This document shows positions 50,334-60,746 of a stretch of 64,000 bases of DNA, one piece after another. The stretch lies in IMG/VR virus record IMGVR_UViG_3300025942_000001. One strand, written 5' to 3'. The stretch is from a virus. Taxonomy: Duplodnaviria > Heunggongvirae > Uroviricota > Caudoviricetes. The translations under genes were made by a program, and so were the position numbers. The notes under the pieces are model-generated. The model saw only the letters and a list, made by a program, of their open reading frames with translations, searched no databases and was not told the DNA's origin. Numbering within the stretch: the first letter of the stretch is position 1; every line of letters starts with the position of its first letter.

Positions 50334-50744
50334 ATGAATATTGAAGACAGAGTTAATAAAATGTCTATGGATTTAGACAAAATTGTAGAAAAAGCATCGA
50401 TATGGCAAAGTCTATTTGACGAATGTCCATTTGCTGTGGCTGTCTTCAATAATGAAATGAAATTTTTCATGGTTAACGATGCCTTTCAGCAATTAACAGG
50501 ATTCGATGATCAAGATATTATAGGTCAAAGGGTTCAGGCTATTCTGCCGGATAGATTTAAAAGGATGCATAAAAGATATGAAAAAGACTATGCCATAAAG
50601 CCGGAGAAAAAGGTTAATAGACATGGTATTGAGCCATACGTTCTAACTAAAGATAAAGAAGAAATACTGGTGGATATAGATCTTTCTTATATCTTATACA
50701 ACTCAAAAATCTACTATGTATCGTTCATTAGAAGAATTGTCTAA
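50334..50744 (+). CDS. stand-alone PAS-domain protein
   Basis: LFDECPFAVAV...VNDAFQQLTGF...IIGQRVQAILPDRFKRMH...TKDKEEILVDIDLS...VSFIR. Confidence 0.85.
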   Translation: MNIEDRVNKMSMDLDKIVEKASIWQSLFDECPFAVAVFNNEMKFFMVNDAFQQLTGFDDQDIIGQRVQAILPDRFKRMHKRYEKDYAIKPEKKVNRHGIEPYVLTKDKEEILVDIDLSYILYNSKIYYVSFIRRIV

Positions 50745-50763
50745 TTGGTGATATAATCAGGCT

Positions 50764-51201
50764 ATGTCCAGTTCATACACAATACAATTGCCCGCAGGCA
50801 CTAATATAACCAAATTGATAAATGTACCAACCGGTGGTGCGTGGCTGGGCGGAATCAATATTTCAATTGCTACTCATACTACAGATGCAACAGTACATGA
50901 GTGGATTTTTATCAATGAAGTTATGCCAACGCAGCCAACCAAAATAGGTTATAGGCACGTTGATGTTCTAGGAGTATCGGCCGGTGGATTTGATAACTGG
51001 ACTCTTAAGAAAGAAACAAGACCATATAAGGTTCTATTTATTGGTGAGAGTCTAATGAAGCTCAGATATACATCAACATATGAGATCAGTGTCAACGTAG
51101 AGACAAGTAATACTCAATGGAAGTCAAACAAATATCCAACAATACAAGGCAATTTACCACATGCGCTAGATGGCCGTATTGTATGGGTTAATAAGACGTG
51201 A
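50764..51201 (+). CDS. beta-rich hypothetical protein, possibly structural
   Basis: TATAAT 6 nt before the ATG. Confidence 0.65.
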   Translation: MSSSYTIQLPAGTNITKLINVPTGGAWLGGINISIATHTTDATVHEWIFINEVMPTQPTKIGYRHVDVLGVSAGGFDNWTLKKETRPYKVLFIGESLMKLRYTSTYEISVNVETSNTQWKSNKYPTIQGNLPHALDGRIVWVNKT

Positions 51202-51205
51202 TGAT

Positions 51206-52768
51206 ATGAGCAATTATGATCAGACTGCCATAGCCTCAGATCCAGAGTTTTATCTTTCATCAGCATCTATGTCTGATCAATCAGGTAAATCACTTTATGT
51301 CCTGGATAACGATGCGCTTAATACAGGTCAGCCAATTATCGCCGGGAATCAATCAAGTTTTGTTGTTGATTCCACTCATACAATTAATTTGGATTTGAAT
51401 TGTATTTTCTTTAGAAGTAATTGTCATATGGAAATTGTAGGATACTTTACCAAGCCAACAGAGAATATTTGTATTTTTGGTGATGACGATACACAGAATG
51501 GTATATTCATCGATCAGTCAGGCATCGAATTGAGGTTTGTAGACAGCAATCTAAGTAGTAAGTACACAAGAGTCGAGATTACTGAATGGCCACTCAAAGC
51601 CCATATTACCTTGACTTTCGATGTAGAATCAGCAACTTTGGATGTCAATGATGTTCAGTCACAAATAAGTTATTCACCTACAGATCCAGGCAATATCGCT
51701 GATGTTACATTCAAGTCAACCGGACAATATTTTTACTTATTGGATGGTTTTGGTGTCTATTCAAACAGATTCATCAACAAATCAAATATGATCGATGCTA
51801 AGGATTTCGATTATTTTAATTTTACATCAAGTAAATATGAGGCAGTTGGTTCTGTTTTCTCTGGGTATAGGTTAGGAGAATCCAAGATAATTAATAAGTC
51901 AGATTTCATGCTACATCCAGACGGATACTACATGGTTTCTTATATCATGACTCCACAGATTGATGATAGCTATGACTATATTACTTTTGAATGTAATGAT
52001 CCAGATGTAATAGTTACATATAAAATAAATGCTTTAAGTGAGACAAGTTTTACCACAATGGAAGAGTTCTTTCCTGTAGCCAGAGTATTTAGTATAAGCT
52101 TTAAAGTATCGCTGGATGATATCAATAAATCATTTTGGCTAAGAGTAAAAGCTTATTACGAAGGAAGCATTACGACTCAAACTCCAGGTAAACTTATATT
52201 GGACGGCGCAGCTTTCTATTCAGACTCAAACGATATTAAAATAGTAGATTGTCCACCAGGACATTATCTAGGTGGCTCAAATTACGATGGTACATGGTAT
52301 GACACGCCTCCTAATAGTGTTGAAATAGCTTTTATGGCATTGGATTTGACCAACGAGACTTTTGTTTTCTCCAGTACAGATGGAGAAGCTAGTTTCGGTG
52401 CTGGTGGATCGGTTACCGGTTATACAGCTTATCTTAATGGTGTTGCTGTAGCTAATCTAAATAATGTAAGAATGAATCAATGGAATCACCTTGTATTAAC
52501 AAAGGTAAGTGTTTCGGATACACAATTCATTCTAAATGATAGTCAAGCCGGTGGAGAACAATCCAATATAAGATATCTTTTTATTAATGCATATCCATCA
52601 GTTCTTACGGCTGGAACGATTCAACAATTATATAGAATAGTAACATCATCACATAAGTTACGTATTGTAGAAACATTGTCACCAATTGTAGAAGGCGAAG
52701 CAGAATATGATTCTCCATTCTTATTATATTCTTATGCATGGTCTATTATTGGTAGTAATGTTGGTTAA
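51206..52768 (+). CDS. minor tail/receptor-binding-like protein with concanavalin A/LamG-like domains
   Basis: Beta-rich and acidic; AYLNGV...NQWNHLVL...AYPSVLTAGTIQQLY. Confidence 0.6.
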   Translation: MSNYDQTAIASDPEFYLSSASMSDQSGKSLYVLDNDALNTGQPIIAGNQSSFVVDSTHTINLDLNCIFFRSNCHMEIVGYFTKPTENICIFGDDDTQNGIFIDQSGIELRFVDSNLSSKYTRVEITEWPLKAHITLTFDVESATLDVNDVQSQISYSPTDPGNIADVTFKSTGQYFYLLDGFGVYSNRFINKSNMIDAKDFDYFNFTSSKYEAVGSVFSGYRLGESKIINKSDFMLHPDGYYMVSYIMTPQIDDSYDYITFECNDPDVIVTYKINALSETSFTTMEEFFPVARVFSISFKVSLDDINKSFWLRVKAYYEGSITTQTPGKLILDGAAFYSDSNDIKIVDCPPGHYLGGSNYDGTWYDTPPNSVEIAFMALDLTNETFVFSSTDGEASFGAGGSVTGYTAYLNGVAVANLNNVRMNQWNHLVLTKVSVSDTQFILNDSQAGGEQSNIRYLFINAYPSVLTAGTIQQLYRIVTSSHKLRIVETLSPIVEGEAEYDSPFLLYSYAWSIIGSNVG

Positions 52769-52818
52769 TATATGGTGACGATTTGCGAGATATTAGCAAT
52801 TGTTGGTATAATCGTGGT

Positions 52819-53148
52819 ATGGAAAATAAGAAAAGCAGAATTTCTGCGGTATCAGAAACAAATCTAGGCGTTTATGTATGGCAGCTACCAGATGAAACAT
52901 TTGTAGCTGATGAAAATGCCAATGTTATGAGTATCGCGGCATTTCGTGGTGATTTAACTGCTATTTCAAAGATAACTGCCGCAGCCAGACATTATGGGTT
53001 TCCAGAAGGTACAGCAGTTTTTCTTGAAGGTGTAAGAAAGATAACCGATGAAGAATTACAGGAACAGGTCGCAAGAATGAATGATGGTCTTATTCCTGAT
53101 CCTTATGATATCGGTGTATATAAGGAAGAGATGAGACGTAAGAGATGA
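52819..53148 (+). CDS. conserved protein upstream of the portal, leaderless
   Basis: TGGTATAAT then ATG at 52819; GVYVW..PD...RMNDGLIPDPYD. Confidence 0.75.
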   Translation: MENKKSRISAVSETNLGVYVWQLPDETFVADENANVMSIAAFRGDLTAISKITAAARHYGFPEGTAVFLEGVRKITDEELQEQVARMNDGLIPDPYDIGVYKEEMRRKR

Positions 53149-54719
53149 TTGAATCTACGGACAATGCAGACGATCTAATTCGCGCATACATAGCCAAGTC
53201 AGCGAGTGTTAAATTATCAGGGGCCGACGAGGACTTTGATGCATTTAAAAAGCCGATAAGTCAGATCAGAAAGATGTCTGGACTGGATAAGAATTTTGTC
53301 CGTAGAATGGATAGAAAGCTTTCCAAAGCATATGAGAATCAAGCACAAACTGCTGGTACAAAAGCACTCAATGTTGACGATCTACAAGGCTATAACTATC
53401 TTGAATGTATTACTCCAGAATATAATCTGGATTATTTGGCTAAACTATATGAAATTTCACCAGCCCACCACGCTGCTGTTAATGCCAAGGTAGAAAGTGT
53501 GTTTGGTCTTGGTTATGAATGGATAGAATCAAATAAGACAAAACTTGCTCGTCAAAAAACTACAACTTCCGCTGGTCTGAAAAAACTTGAAAAGGCTTTG
53601 GAAAATGCAAGAGTCAGCATGGAAGATTGGCTAGAATCAACAAATAGAGAAGATATCTTTGACGAGATAATGAAGAAAATAGGTCGAGACTATGAAACTA
53701 TGGGTAACGCCTATATGGAAATCGGTAGAGATATTCAAGGTCGTATTGCCTATATCGGTCACGTCCCAGCTATTCACGTACGAGTGCGTAGACAGCGTGA
53801 TGGGTTTATTCAGGTATACGGAGCTAATGTTGCTTATTTCAGAAACTTTGGAGATAAAGGTCCAAATAGAGTAACAGACGATGAAAATCCAAATGAGCTT
53901 ATTCACTTCAAGAAATATTCTCCAAATGATAATTATTATGGAATTCCAGATATTGTAGCCGCGAAGCACGCTTTGGCGGGCAACGAATTTGCGTCCAGAT
54001 ATAACCTTGATTACTTTGAGAACAAGGCCATTCCCCGCCACGTTATTATTACCAAAGGTGCTTCTCTTACTGCAACAGCAATGGCAACATTGGTTGAATT
54101 CTTTGAGACTGGTCTAAGGGGACAACATCACAGAAGCGTTTATGTTCCATTGGGTGACATTAATGCTGAAATTGAATTTAAATCAATCGAGCCAGGTAAA
54201 CAAGATTCTTCGTTTGGTGATTTCAGAAATAGTAATAATGAAGAAATCTTTATGGCTCATCGTACACCACCATCACGCGCAGGAGTGTTCAGTGAGAATG
54301 TTGGTTTAGCAGCAGCTAAAGATGCCGATAAGGTATTCAAGGAATCGTATTCACGTCCAGAGCAGTCAGCCTTTGAAAAAAAGATCAAGAGAGTCTTCAA
54401 AGAAATAACAGATATTATTGAACTCAAGCTTAATGAGCTTTCACTTACAGATGCTAATACTCAGAGTCAGATGGATGAAAGAGAAGTTAAGATGGGTATT
54501 GTTGTACCTGATGAAGTTAGAGCAAGAAAGGGTATGGCGGCCCGCCCGGATGGAAAGGGTAGTGAGCCAATTACCTTGACTGCTCAACAGCAAGCTGATC
54601 AAAAGGCAAATACATTAAAGACACGTGAGCGTGATACTCAAAGAAGCAATAACGCATCAGATTCAGCAGGTAGCGCTAGCGGCCGTAATGTTAAAGGAAC
54701 AGGACGTGCTTCCAAGTAA
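53145..54719 (+). CDS. portal protein
   Basis: LAKLYE.SP.HHAAV.AKV, GNAYMEI, YYGIPD, YFENKAIP, PDEVRA; position in the head module. Confidence 0.92.
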   Translation: MIESTDNADDLIRAYIAKSASVKLSGADEDFDAFKKPISQIRKMSGLDKNFVRRMDRKLSKAYENQAQTAGTKALNVDDLQGYNYLECITPEYNLDYLAKLYEISPAHHAAVNAKVESVFGLGYEWIESNKTKLARQKTTTSAGLKKLEKALENARVSMEDWLESTNREDIFDEIMKKIGRDYETMGNAYMEIGRDIQGRIAYIGHVPAIHVRVRRQRDGFIQVYGANVAYFRNFGDKGPNRVTDDENPNELIHFKKYSPNDNYYGIPDIVAAKHALAGNEFASRYNLDYFENKAIPRHVIITKGASLTATAMATLVEFFETGLRGQHHRSVYVPLGDINAEIEFKSIEPGKQDSSFGDFRNSNNEEIFMAHRTPPSRAGVFSENVGLAAAKDADKVFKESYSRPEQSAFEKKIKRVFKEITDIIELKLNELSLTDANTQSQMDEREVKMGIVVPDEVRARKGMAARPDGKGSEPITLTAQQQADQKANTLKTRERDTQRSNNASDSAGSASGRNVKGTGRASK

Positions 54720-55105
54720 TGCTTGAAAAAATGGCGGGTAGAATGCTGAGTCCTATCAATACCGCTGGTATCAGCATTCTTGGCTTGTTCAATTTGCTCA
54801 TGGGCATTTGGATCATTCTACCGTTCGATTCAATAAGTGGTAGTCTTCCAGAGATATATTATGGAATTATTCTTATAGGTGCCGGCATTTCTATATTAAT
54901 AGGTTCGGTAAAAGAACACTATATGACATTAGCCGTGGGAACAAGGCTAAGTTATTATCTTTGGTTCTTAACTATGCTTATGTCAATTTTTGATAATTGG
55001 CATAATTCATATTGGATAGTATGTTTAATGATTGCTTGTTATGGCTTGTTCGTTGCCGCAAATATAAAGGTGAATCGTAACAATTTGCCTTTTAAAAATC
55101 TCTAG
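54719..55105 (+). CDS. 4-TM membrane protein between portal and protease
   Basis: Four hydrophobic segments; TAATG coupling to the portal. Confidence 0.75.
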   Translation: MLEKMAGRMLSPINTAGISILGLFNLLMGIWIILPFDSISGSLPEIYYGIILIGAGISILIGSVKEHYMTLAVGTRLSYYLWFLTMLMSIFDNWHNSYWIVCLMIACYGLFVAANIKVNRNNLPFKNL

Positions 55106-55122
55106 TTTATAATCAGATTACT

Positions 55123-56385
55123 ATGGAAATAGAAAAAGCTCTATTGTCTGCAACAGACGATACAATTCAGATTGGTGTGCCTTTCAGTAAATTTGACAAG
55201 GCAAATAGACGCGTCTCTGGATGGGCTACAATTGACAATATTGATCAGTCTGGAGACGTTTTAACTGCGGAAGCATCCAAGATGGCTTTTGATACCTTCA
55301 GAGGAAACGTTAGAGAACAACATGATAAGAATAAAGCAGTTGGAAAAGTTGTAAGTTTTGCTCAGCAAACCTATTATGATCCAGAAACCGAAGAAATGTA
55401 TGATGGTATATATGTAACAGCATATGTTTCAAAAGGAGCACAGGATACCTGGGAAAAGGTTCTAGATGGAACATTAAGCGGTTTCTCAGTAAAGGGCTCA
55501 ATTTTAAAACAACATACTGAATATAGCCCGGATAGGGAAATGCAGATCAGATTTATTGATCGATATGCCCTTGAAGAACTAAGTCTTGTTGATTCTCCTT
55601 GCAACCAGCTTTGTAATGTTTTTACAGTTGAGAAAACTGTCGATGGCGTTTCTATTAACATGAACAAAGAACTTGATGTAGACCCAGAGAATGTTTTCTG
55701 GTGTGAAGCAGATGCTATTGCAGTTCTCAGTAAAGACGATTCACATAATTGCACAAAATGTGATAACAGCATGAAAAATGCCGGATGGATTGAATCTGTC
55801 GCTGGTGAGGACAAGGTAGAAAAGATAAAGGACGTACTTAGTTCTTCAGGCTTTATGAAGAACCATGTTGATCTGAGTGAAACGAAAGGAGGTTCCGAAA
55901 TGGCAGATGTAGTTAATAACGAAACAACAGATGCGGTAGAAACACCAGTTGAAGAAACAGCGCAGGTGATAAAATCCGAGGAAGTGACGAGTGAGGTAAC
56001 CGCTGAGGAGGCTTCTAATGTAAATGAGCCAGATCTCCAGGGTATCGCAAAAGCTCTAGAGGAAATTAAATCTAGCCTTAATAAGGTTGGTGAAGATAGA
56101 GATGACGCTCTATCAGCAATAAGAGAAACTGTTGCAGGTGTAGAAAAGAGCGTTAGTGCTCAAATGGAAGACCTATTAAAGCAACACACAGAATTTGCTA
56201 GTGAATTCAAAAGTTTTAAAGAACGTCAGGAAGCAGTAGAAAAGAGACTTTCTACATTCGAAGGTTCAACAGCTTTTAAGAAGTCACTAGACGTAACAGA
56301 AGAAAAAGAACTGGAAAAATCATCCGGTTCAGATAAGCAAAATACTTTTTGGTCAGCAGCATTTCTTCCTAACACGTTTGACTAA
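55123..56385 (+). CDS. capsid maturation protease with a C-terminal scaffold
   Basis: VSGWAT...VREQH...GFSV.G...ELSLVD.P.NQ; acidic coiled-coil C-terminus. Confidence 0.88.
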   Translation: MEIEKALLSATDDTIQIGVPFSKFDKANRRVSGWATIDNIDQSGDVLTAEASKMAFDTFRGNVREQHDKNKAVGKVVSFAQQTYYDPETEEMYDGIYVTAYVSKGAQDTWEKVLDGTLSGFSVKGSILKQHTEYSPDREMQIRFIDRYALEELSLVDSPCNQLCNVFTVEKTVDGVSINMNKELDVDPENVFWCEADAIAVLSKDDSHNCTKCDNSMKNAGWIESVAGEDKVEKIKDVLSSSGFMKNHVDLSETKGGSEMADVVNNETTDAVETPVEETAQVIKSEEVTSEVTAEEASNVNEPDLQGIAKALEEIKSSLNKVGEDRDDALSAIRETVAGVEKSVSAQMEDLLKQHTEFASEFKSFKERQEAVEKRLSTFEGSTAFKKSLDVTEEKELEKSSGSDKQNTFWSAAFLPNTFD

Positions 56386-56416
56386 ATAAAAATACACAAA
56401 GAGAGGAGTTATATAC

Positions 56417-57409
56417 ATGAGCGAAGATATTTTAGAGAAAGTAATTCGTACCACAGAAGTTGGTTCTGGTGGTGGTGGTCTACTAACTGCTGAGCAGAGC
56501 AATATGTTCATCGACTATATGTTTGATGCAACAGTTATGCTTAGAGATTGTAGAACACAGAGAATGCGCTCTGAAGTTGCAGAAATTGATAAGATTGCTG
56601 TTGGTCAGAGATTAATTCGTGCTGCTACAGAAGCAGTGGACACTGGTGAAAACGCTGGAGTAACATTTAGCAAGATTTCTTTGACAACAACAAAGATCCG
56701 TCTTGACTGGGAGCTTTCACGTGAATCACTAGAAGATAACATTGAAGGAGCCGGTCTTGAAGACCATATCGCTAGATTAATGTCTACACAGTTCGGTAAC
56801 GACCTTGAAGACCTAGCCATTAATGGTGACACAACATCTTCAGACAAGACAATTAAGATCTTTAATGGTTGGTATAAGCTAGCCCTAGCCGGTGCTCACG
56901 TTGTTGATGCTGGTGGTCTTCCACTAAATCTAGCAGCGTTTAACAAGGCCCTAAAGGCAATGCCACGTACTTACATGCAGAAGCGTTTGGATCTTAAATT
57001 CTACACAGGTTCAAACTCTATCCAGGATTATCTATACTCTATTGCCCAACAGGGTAATGGTGCATGGTCCGGTCCTAGATCAGATGCTGTTATCGAGAAT
57101 GGTCCAGTTCGTACTGAGGGTCCTAATGGATTCGTAGCCGGTCGTCCGTTTGGTGTTGTTCTTCAGGAAGTTCCATTGTTCCTAGAAACAGAAAATGCCA
57201 GCTATTCCGGTGGTACAGGTGATCACGGTCACCTTGAACTTACATTCCCAAAGAATAGAGTTCTTGGTATTAAGCGTCAAATTGAAGTATACCGTCAGTT
57301 CGCACAGAAGAAGGATGCTATTGAGTACACCTCATACGTCCGTGCTGGTGTCAACTGGGAAAACCTAGATGCAGCGGTAATCGTAAAGAACATTAAACTA
57401 GCTGCCTAA
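56417..57409 (+). CDS. major capsid protein (HK97 fold)
   Basis: GGLLTAEQSNMFID, SLEDNIEG..LEDHI, FGNDLEDLAINGD; strong RBS and terminator. Confidence 0.95.
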   Translation: MSEDILEKVIRTTEVGSGGGGLLTAEQSNMFIDYMFDATVMLRDCRTQRMRSEVAEIDKIAVGQRLIRAATEAVDTGENAGVTFSKISLTTTKIRLDWELSRESLEDNIEGAGLEDHIARLMSTQFGNDLEDLAINGDTTSSDKTIKIFNGWYKLALAGAHVVDAGGLPLNLAAFNKALKAMPRTYMQKRLDLKFYTGSNSIQDYLYSIAQQGNGAWSGPRSDAVIENGPVRTEGPNGFVAGRPFGVVLQEVPLFLETENASYSGGTGDHGHLELTFPKNRVLGIKRQIEVYRQFAQKKDAIEYTSYVRAGVNWENLDAAVIVKNIKLAA

Positions 57410-57432
57410 TAACAGTGTTTAATAACTTGATT

Positions 57433-57460
57433 AAAGCAGGACTTCGGTCCTGCTTTTTTC
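57433..57460 (+). terminator. intrinsic terminator
   Basis: AAAGCAGGAC-TTCG-GTCCTGCTTT-TTT. Confidence 0.9.
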
Positions 57461-57494
57461 GTTTATATATGATACAATCGATCAGGAGGTTATA

Positions 57495-57869
57495 ATGAGT
57501 TTTGCAAAAATGAACAAGGACACTTTAACTAAGGTAGCAGATTTCTTCGATATTCTTATCGACCCAACAGACGGGGTAAAAGAGATAAGGCTTAAGCTTG
57601 AAGATGAGGGTAAGACGTATGATATGTGGAAGAAGTTTAATGATCCTGAACAGGAGAAAAATGAGCCATCTGGTATCGCTTTTAATCAGAAGAATCTATT
57701 GCTTAAAATGACCAGACAGAATCCAACTTTTGAGACTTATGGATATAGATTTACCAGGGAAAGTCCATATCGCGCGGTGCCTGCGGAAGATGCAGAGAAA
57801 ATTATGAGCGAACATGAAGGCTTTGTTATAGCGACGCCTTCCGAAGTTAAATCGTTCTTTGATAAGTGA
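57495..57869 (+). CDS. head-associated protein with a Rho-N/HeH-like N-terminus
   Basis: MNKDTLTKVADFFDI...KEIRLKL; RBS AGGAGG. Confidence 0.6.
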   Translation: MSFAKMNKDTLTKVADFFDILIDPTDGVKEIRLKLEDEGKTYDMWKKFNDPEQEKNEPSGIAFNQKNLLLKMTRQNPTFETYGYRFTRESPYRAVPAEDAEKIMSEHEGFVIATPSEVKSFFDK

Positions 57870-57939
57870 TAAAAGCTCCTCCAAGTGGGGAGCTTTGCCT
57901 TTTGTTTTATGCTGTGTTAAAATAAATGTGGTGAATTAA

Positions 57940-58821
57940 ATGAAAGAGATACTATTAAATAGCATTAGTAAGGCAAAATATTCTATTTTTATAGATGGAA
58001 TTGCAACAGCAGCGACCGGAACCCCAACAGTTAAGGTGTATGAGGGTGAGACTGTTGTTCTAAATAATCCAGTAGTATCAACACCTTCAACTGGTGTTTA
58101 CACATTTATCATCATACCTTCATTGGTTTCTGAAGAAAAAGTTCTTACTGTTGAATGGACATTCGTAGTTTCCGGTTATAACATGGTAATCAGAGAAGAT
58201 TATCAAGTTGTCACTCCGTACTCTGATTGGGATTATTTCAAATCTGTAACCACATATACAGAATTTCTAGAGTGTGAACGTGTTTCACGTATGGTAATAG
58301 ATGGATATTGTGGTCAGACTTTTGGTAAGAGAGAATTTATTCTTACAGCAGAAGGCAATGACAATAACTCAATGAGATTAAATAGAAGATTGATCTCAGT
58401 AAATGACGTAACGCACATATCATCTTGGTATCCAACCGTCGTATCAAGTGCTTCTGATGATGGAATATTGGAGTCATGGGATATAGCCGGGAATGGGTGG
58501 ATAATAAGGACATCTCGTTCAAGATCAAGACTAGATGCTGCGTATCCGACTAATTATGCATTTAGAAGAAATATTACTTATAGCATAGATGGACTATGGG
58601 GATGGGAAAATGTCCCTGGGCCTGTTGTAGAAGCATCCAAAATATTAACAGCAAATTTGCTATGTCAAGATCAGAAGTATAGAGACAAATATATCGAATC
58701 CTTGAAGACAAGCGATTGGAATATGAAGTTCTCGCCATTGACTTGGTCTGGCACAGGAAGCGCTACTGCCGATGATCTATTGCTTGAATATAGAATGTTT
58801 CCTGGCATTGGGGTGATTTAA
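57940..58821 (+). CDS. head-to-tail adaptor
   Basis: IDGYCGQTF...GLWGWENVP.PV..A; synteny. Confidence 0.75.
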   Translation: MKEILLNSISKAKYSIFIDGIATAATGTPTVKVYEGETVVLNNPVVSTPSTGVYTFIIIPSLVSEEKVLTVEWTFVVSGYNMVIREDYQVVTPYSDWDYFKSVTTYTEFLECERVSRMVIDGYCGQTFGKREFILTAEGNDNNSMRLNRRLISVNDVTHISSWYPTVVSSASDDGILESWDIAGNGWIIRTSRSRSRLDAAYPTNYAFRRNITYSIDGLWGWENVPGPVVEASKILTANLLCQDQKYRDKYIESLKTSDWNMKFSPLTWSGTGSATADDLLLEYRMFPGIGVI

Positions 58822-59271
58822 ATGTTAGGTGGATGTATATTTTCTATCAGATATACAATGTTAGCCAAAGTATACAAGAAGATCAAAACTGTAGGAAATT
58901 CAGGGCAGATAAAATACAGTTGGGTAGTTGATACTACAATTGGAAATCAAGGAATTATACCTTGCATAATCACGCCATTTAAATCTAACAGTTTTAGTAG
59001 ACAGGGAATTGGCCAGGTGTTCGCTGAGTCATTCCTGAGCTTTGATTATCTCAAGATGCAAAGCGAGTATAATATACCGGCTAGCTACCAGATAACTGAA
59101 ATCAAAAGTGTTAATGATGGAAGTCTTATATACAAAGAAATGGATCTTGCTGGGAATCCTCAAACATGGTATAACACATCTGGTTCTTCACCAGTAATAG
59201 ATCCTTTTGGTGCTATTACTGAATATAATACTTTATTGGCCAGGGCAGAACAGCAGGGTGGAAATGTTTAA
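58822..59271 (+). CDS. head-to-tail stopper
   Basis: Synteny; GQIKYSW...PVIDPFG. Confidence 0.6.
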   Translation: MLGGCIFSIRYTMLAKVYKKIKTVGNSGQIKYSWVVDTTIGNQGIIPCIITPFKSNSFSRQGIGQVFAESFLSFDYLKMQSEYNIPASYQITEIKSVNDGSLIYKEMDLAGNPQTWYNTSGSSPVIDPFGAITEYNTLLARAEQQGGNV

Positions 59272-60079
59272 CATCAAAAGCGATCTTGGTAAAGTGTCAG
59301 AACTTGGTACTACTATAAACACTCTAGAAGCAACATTAAAGTCTTCTAGACATATCAGCACGCTTATTAAAGCTGCTCACGAAATAACTTCAAGTGAGTT
59401 TGTATTGCATATGACAAGTGCCGCCGTATCAACCAGACAATTTAATCATATGTATGAATGGAATCGTGTTGGTGATCCATCAGCTAGACTTTGGAGTCAT
59501 GTGCTAAAAGGTAATGGAGCCAATAGAATAGCTTATTTTGAATTCAGGGCATCAAAGAAAATGGTTCCAGTTAATCCTAAATTAGCGGCGGTTGGTGTGA
59601 AAAAGATCCACGTATTTGTTTGGAAGTCTATGGTTCTTGAACTAGGTCAGCCAGTGAGAATCTCACCAAAGCTTGCCAAGTATTTAGTATTCCTTGATAA
59701 GAGTGGATCTGCTGGTAACATAGAGGGTAAAGGATACAAGCATGGTGGAATAGTTTACTTTAAAGGCACTATATCTATTGCGAGTGCTGGTAACGAACAA
59801 ATAAAAGGTTCATTTACCAAGGAGTGGACAAATTGGTGGAACAGTGATGCTCCAAATGAAATAATAAGAGAAAAACTAACTGAGACTGCTATTAACGGCA
59901 TGAAGAAAAGTATATCTGAAAAAATTGGTTCCTTTGCGAATCTAAAAGAAAAAAACAAGACCTTCAGTATTAGACCGATTACAGTTGATCCTAATCTTCA
60001 AAAGAAAATGGAAGAATCTTTTACTAAGAATTATATTGGCGCGGCAGCTCAAAGAAGAGGATTGATGCAAGATGACTGA
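59264..60079 (+). CDS. neck/tail completion protein
   Basis: Basic; HMYEWNRVG..SARLW; synteny. Confidence 0.55.
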   Translation: MFNIKSDLGKVSELGTTINTLEATLKSSRHISTLIKAAHEITSSEFVLHMTSAAVSTRQFNHMYEWNRVGDPSARLWSHVLKGNGANRIAYFEFRASKKMVPVNPKLAAVGVKKIHVFVWKSMVLELGQPVRISPKLAKYLVFLDKSGSAGNIEGKGYKHGGIVYFKGTISIASAGNEQIKGSFTKEWTNWWNSDAPNEIIREKLTETAINGMKKSISEKIGSFANLKEKNKTFSIRPITVDPNLQKKMEESFTKNYIGAAAQRRGLMQDD

Positions 60080-60653
60080 TTGGAAAGTTAAATATGGAGA
60101 CTCACCAGTATATAGATTAAATAAATTCATTCTATATAAATTGGATGATATGGAGTTTATTAATCTGGAGTCGTATAAGACAGATTTGCCAGGTGGTGAA
60201 TTATCGATTCCATACTTTTTGCCGGGGCAGGATCTACCTGAAGTAACAACTGTCTATGATCAAGATAAATATCAGAATCTATCATACTCAGTATATAACG
60301 TGTCAGATAGATTAAACCTTGATGAACCATACATGATGTGTGGGCAAATCTCATACACCTTCTATCACCTTGATATGGATTATCTTATCGGTATGAAAGA
60401 TTATTTAGGAGAGCTTTTAAGAAGAGAAGATTGGTCTGCAAGCGACGTCAACGATTATTTTAGAACTGACTCCACTTATCCTTTTGATTTTAAAAATGTC
60501 AGTGTTCTAGGCACCGCAGGCCCTTCACCAGCAGATGACGAGGGTGGAAGAAATACTATGATAATTATAGTAAGATATGATGCAACATATGAAGGAATAA
60601 ATAGAAATTATACTTTGCAATCTGGTTATAGTAAAGAATTCGGTATGAGATGA
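60072..60653 (+). CDS. tail terminator-like protein
   Basis: Acidic, directly before the major tail gene. Confidence 0.55.
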   Translation: MTDWKVKYGDSPVYRLNKFILYKLDDMEFINLESYKTDLPGGELSIPYFLPGQDLPEVTTVYDQDKYQNLSYSVYNVSDRLNLDEPYMMCGQISYTFYHLDMDYLIGMKDYLGELLRREDWSASDVNDYFRTDSTYPFDFKNVSVLGTAGPSPADDEGGRNTMIIIVRYDATYEGINRNYTLQSGYSKEFGMR

Positions 60654-60746
60654 TTTGCACAATAATTACCAGAATGCGATAATTTAAAAAGGAAGCAATG
60701 CCAGACTTAAAGATATACAATAAAACTTAGGAGGTGAAATTCTAAA

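Noticed and set aside
52783-53148. Terminase before the portal
   Set aside because: No Walker A/B or RNase H-like motifs; the large terminase is not in this window.
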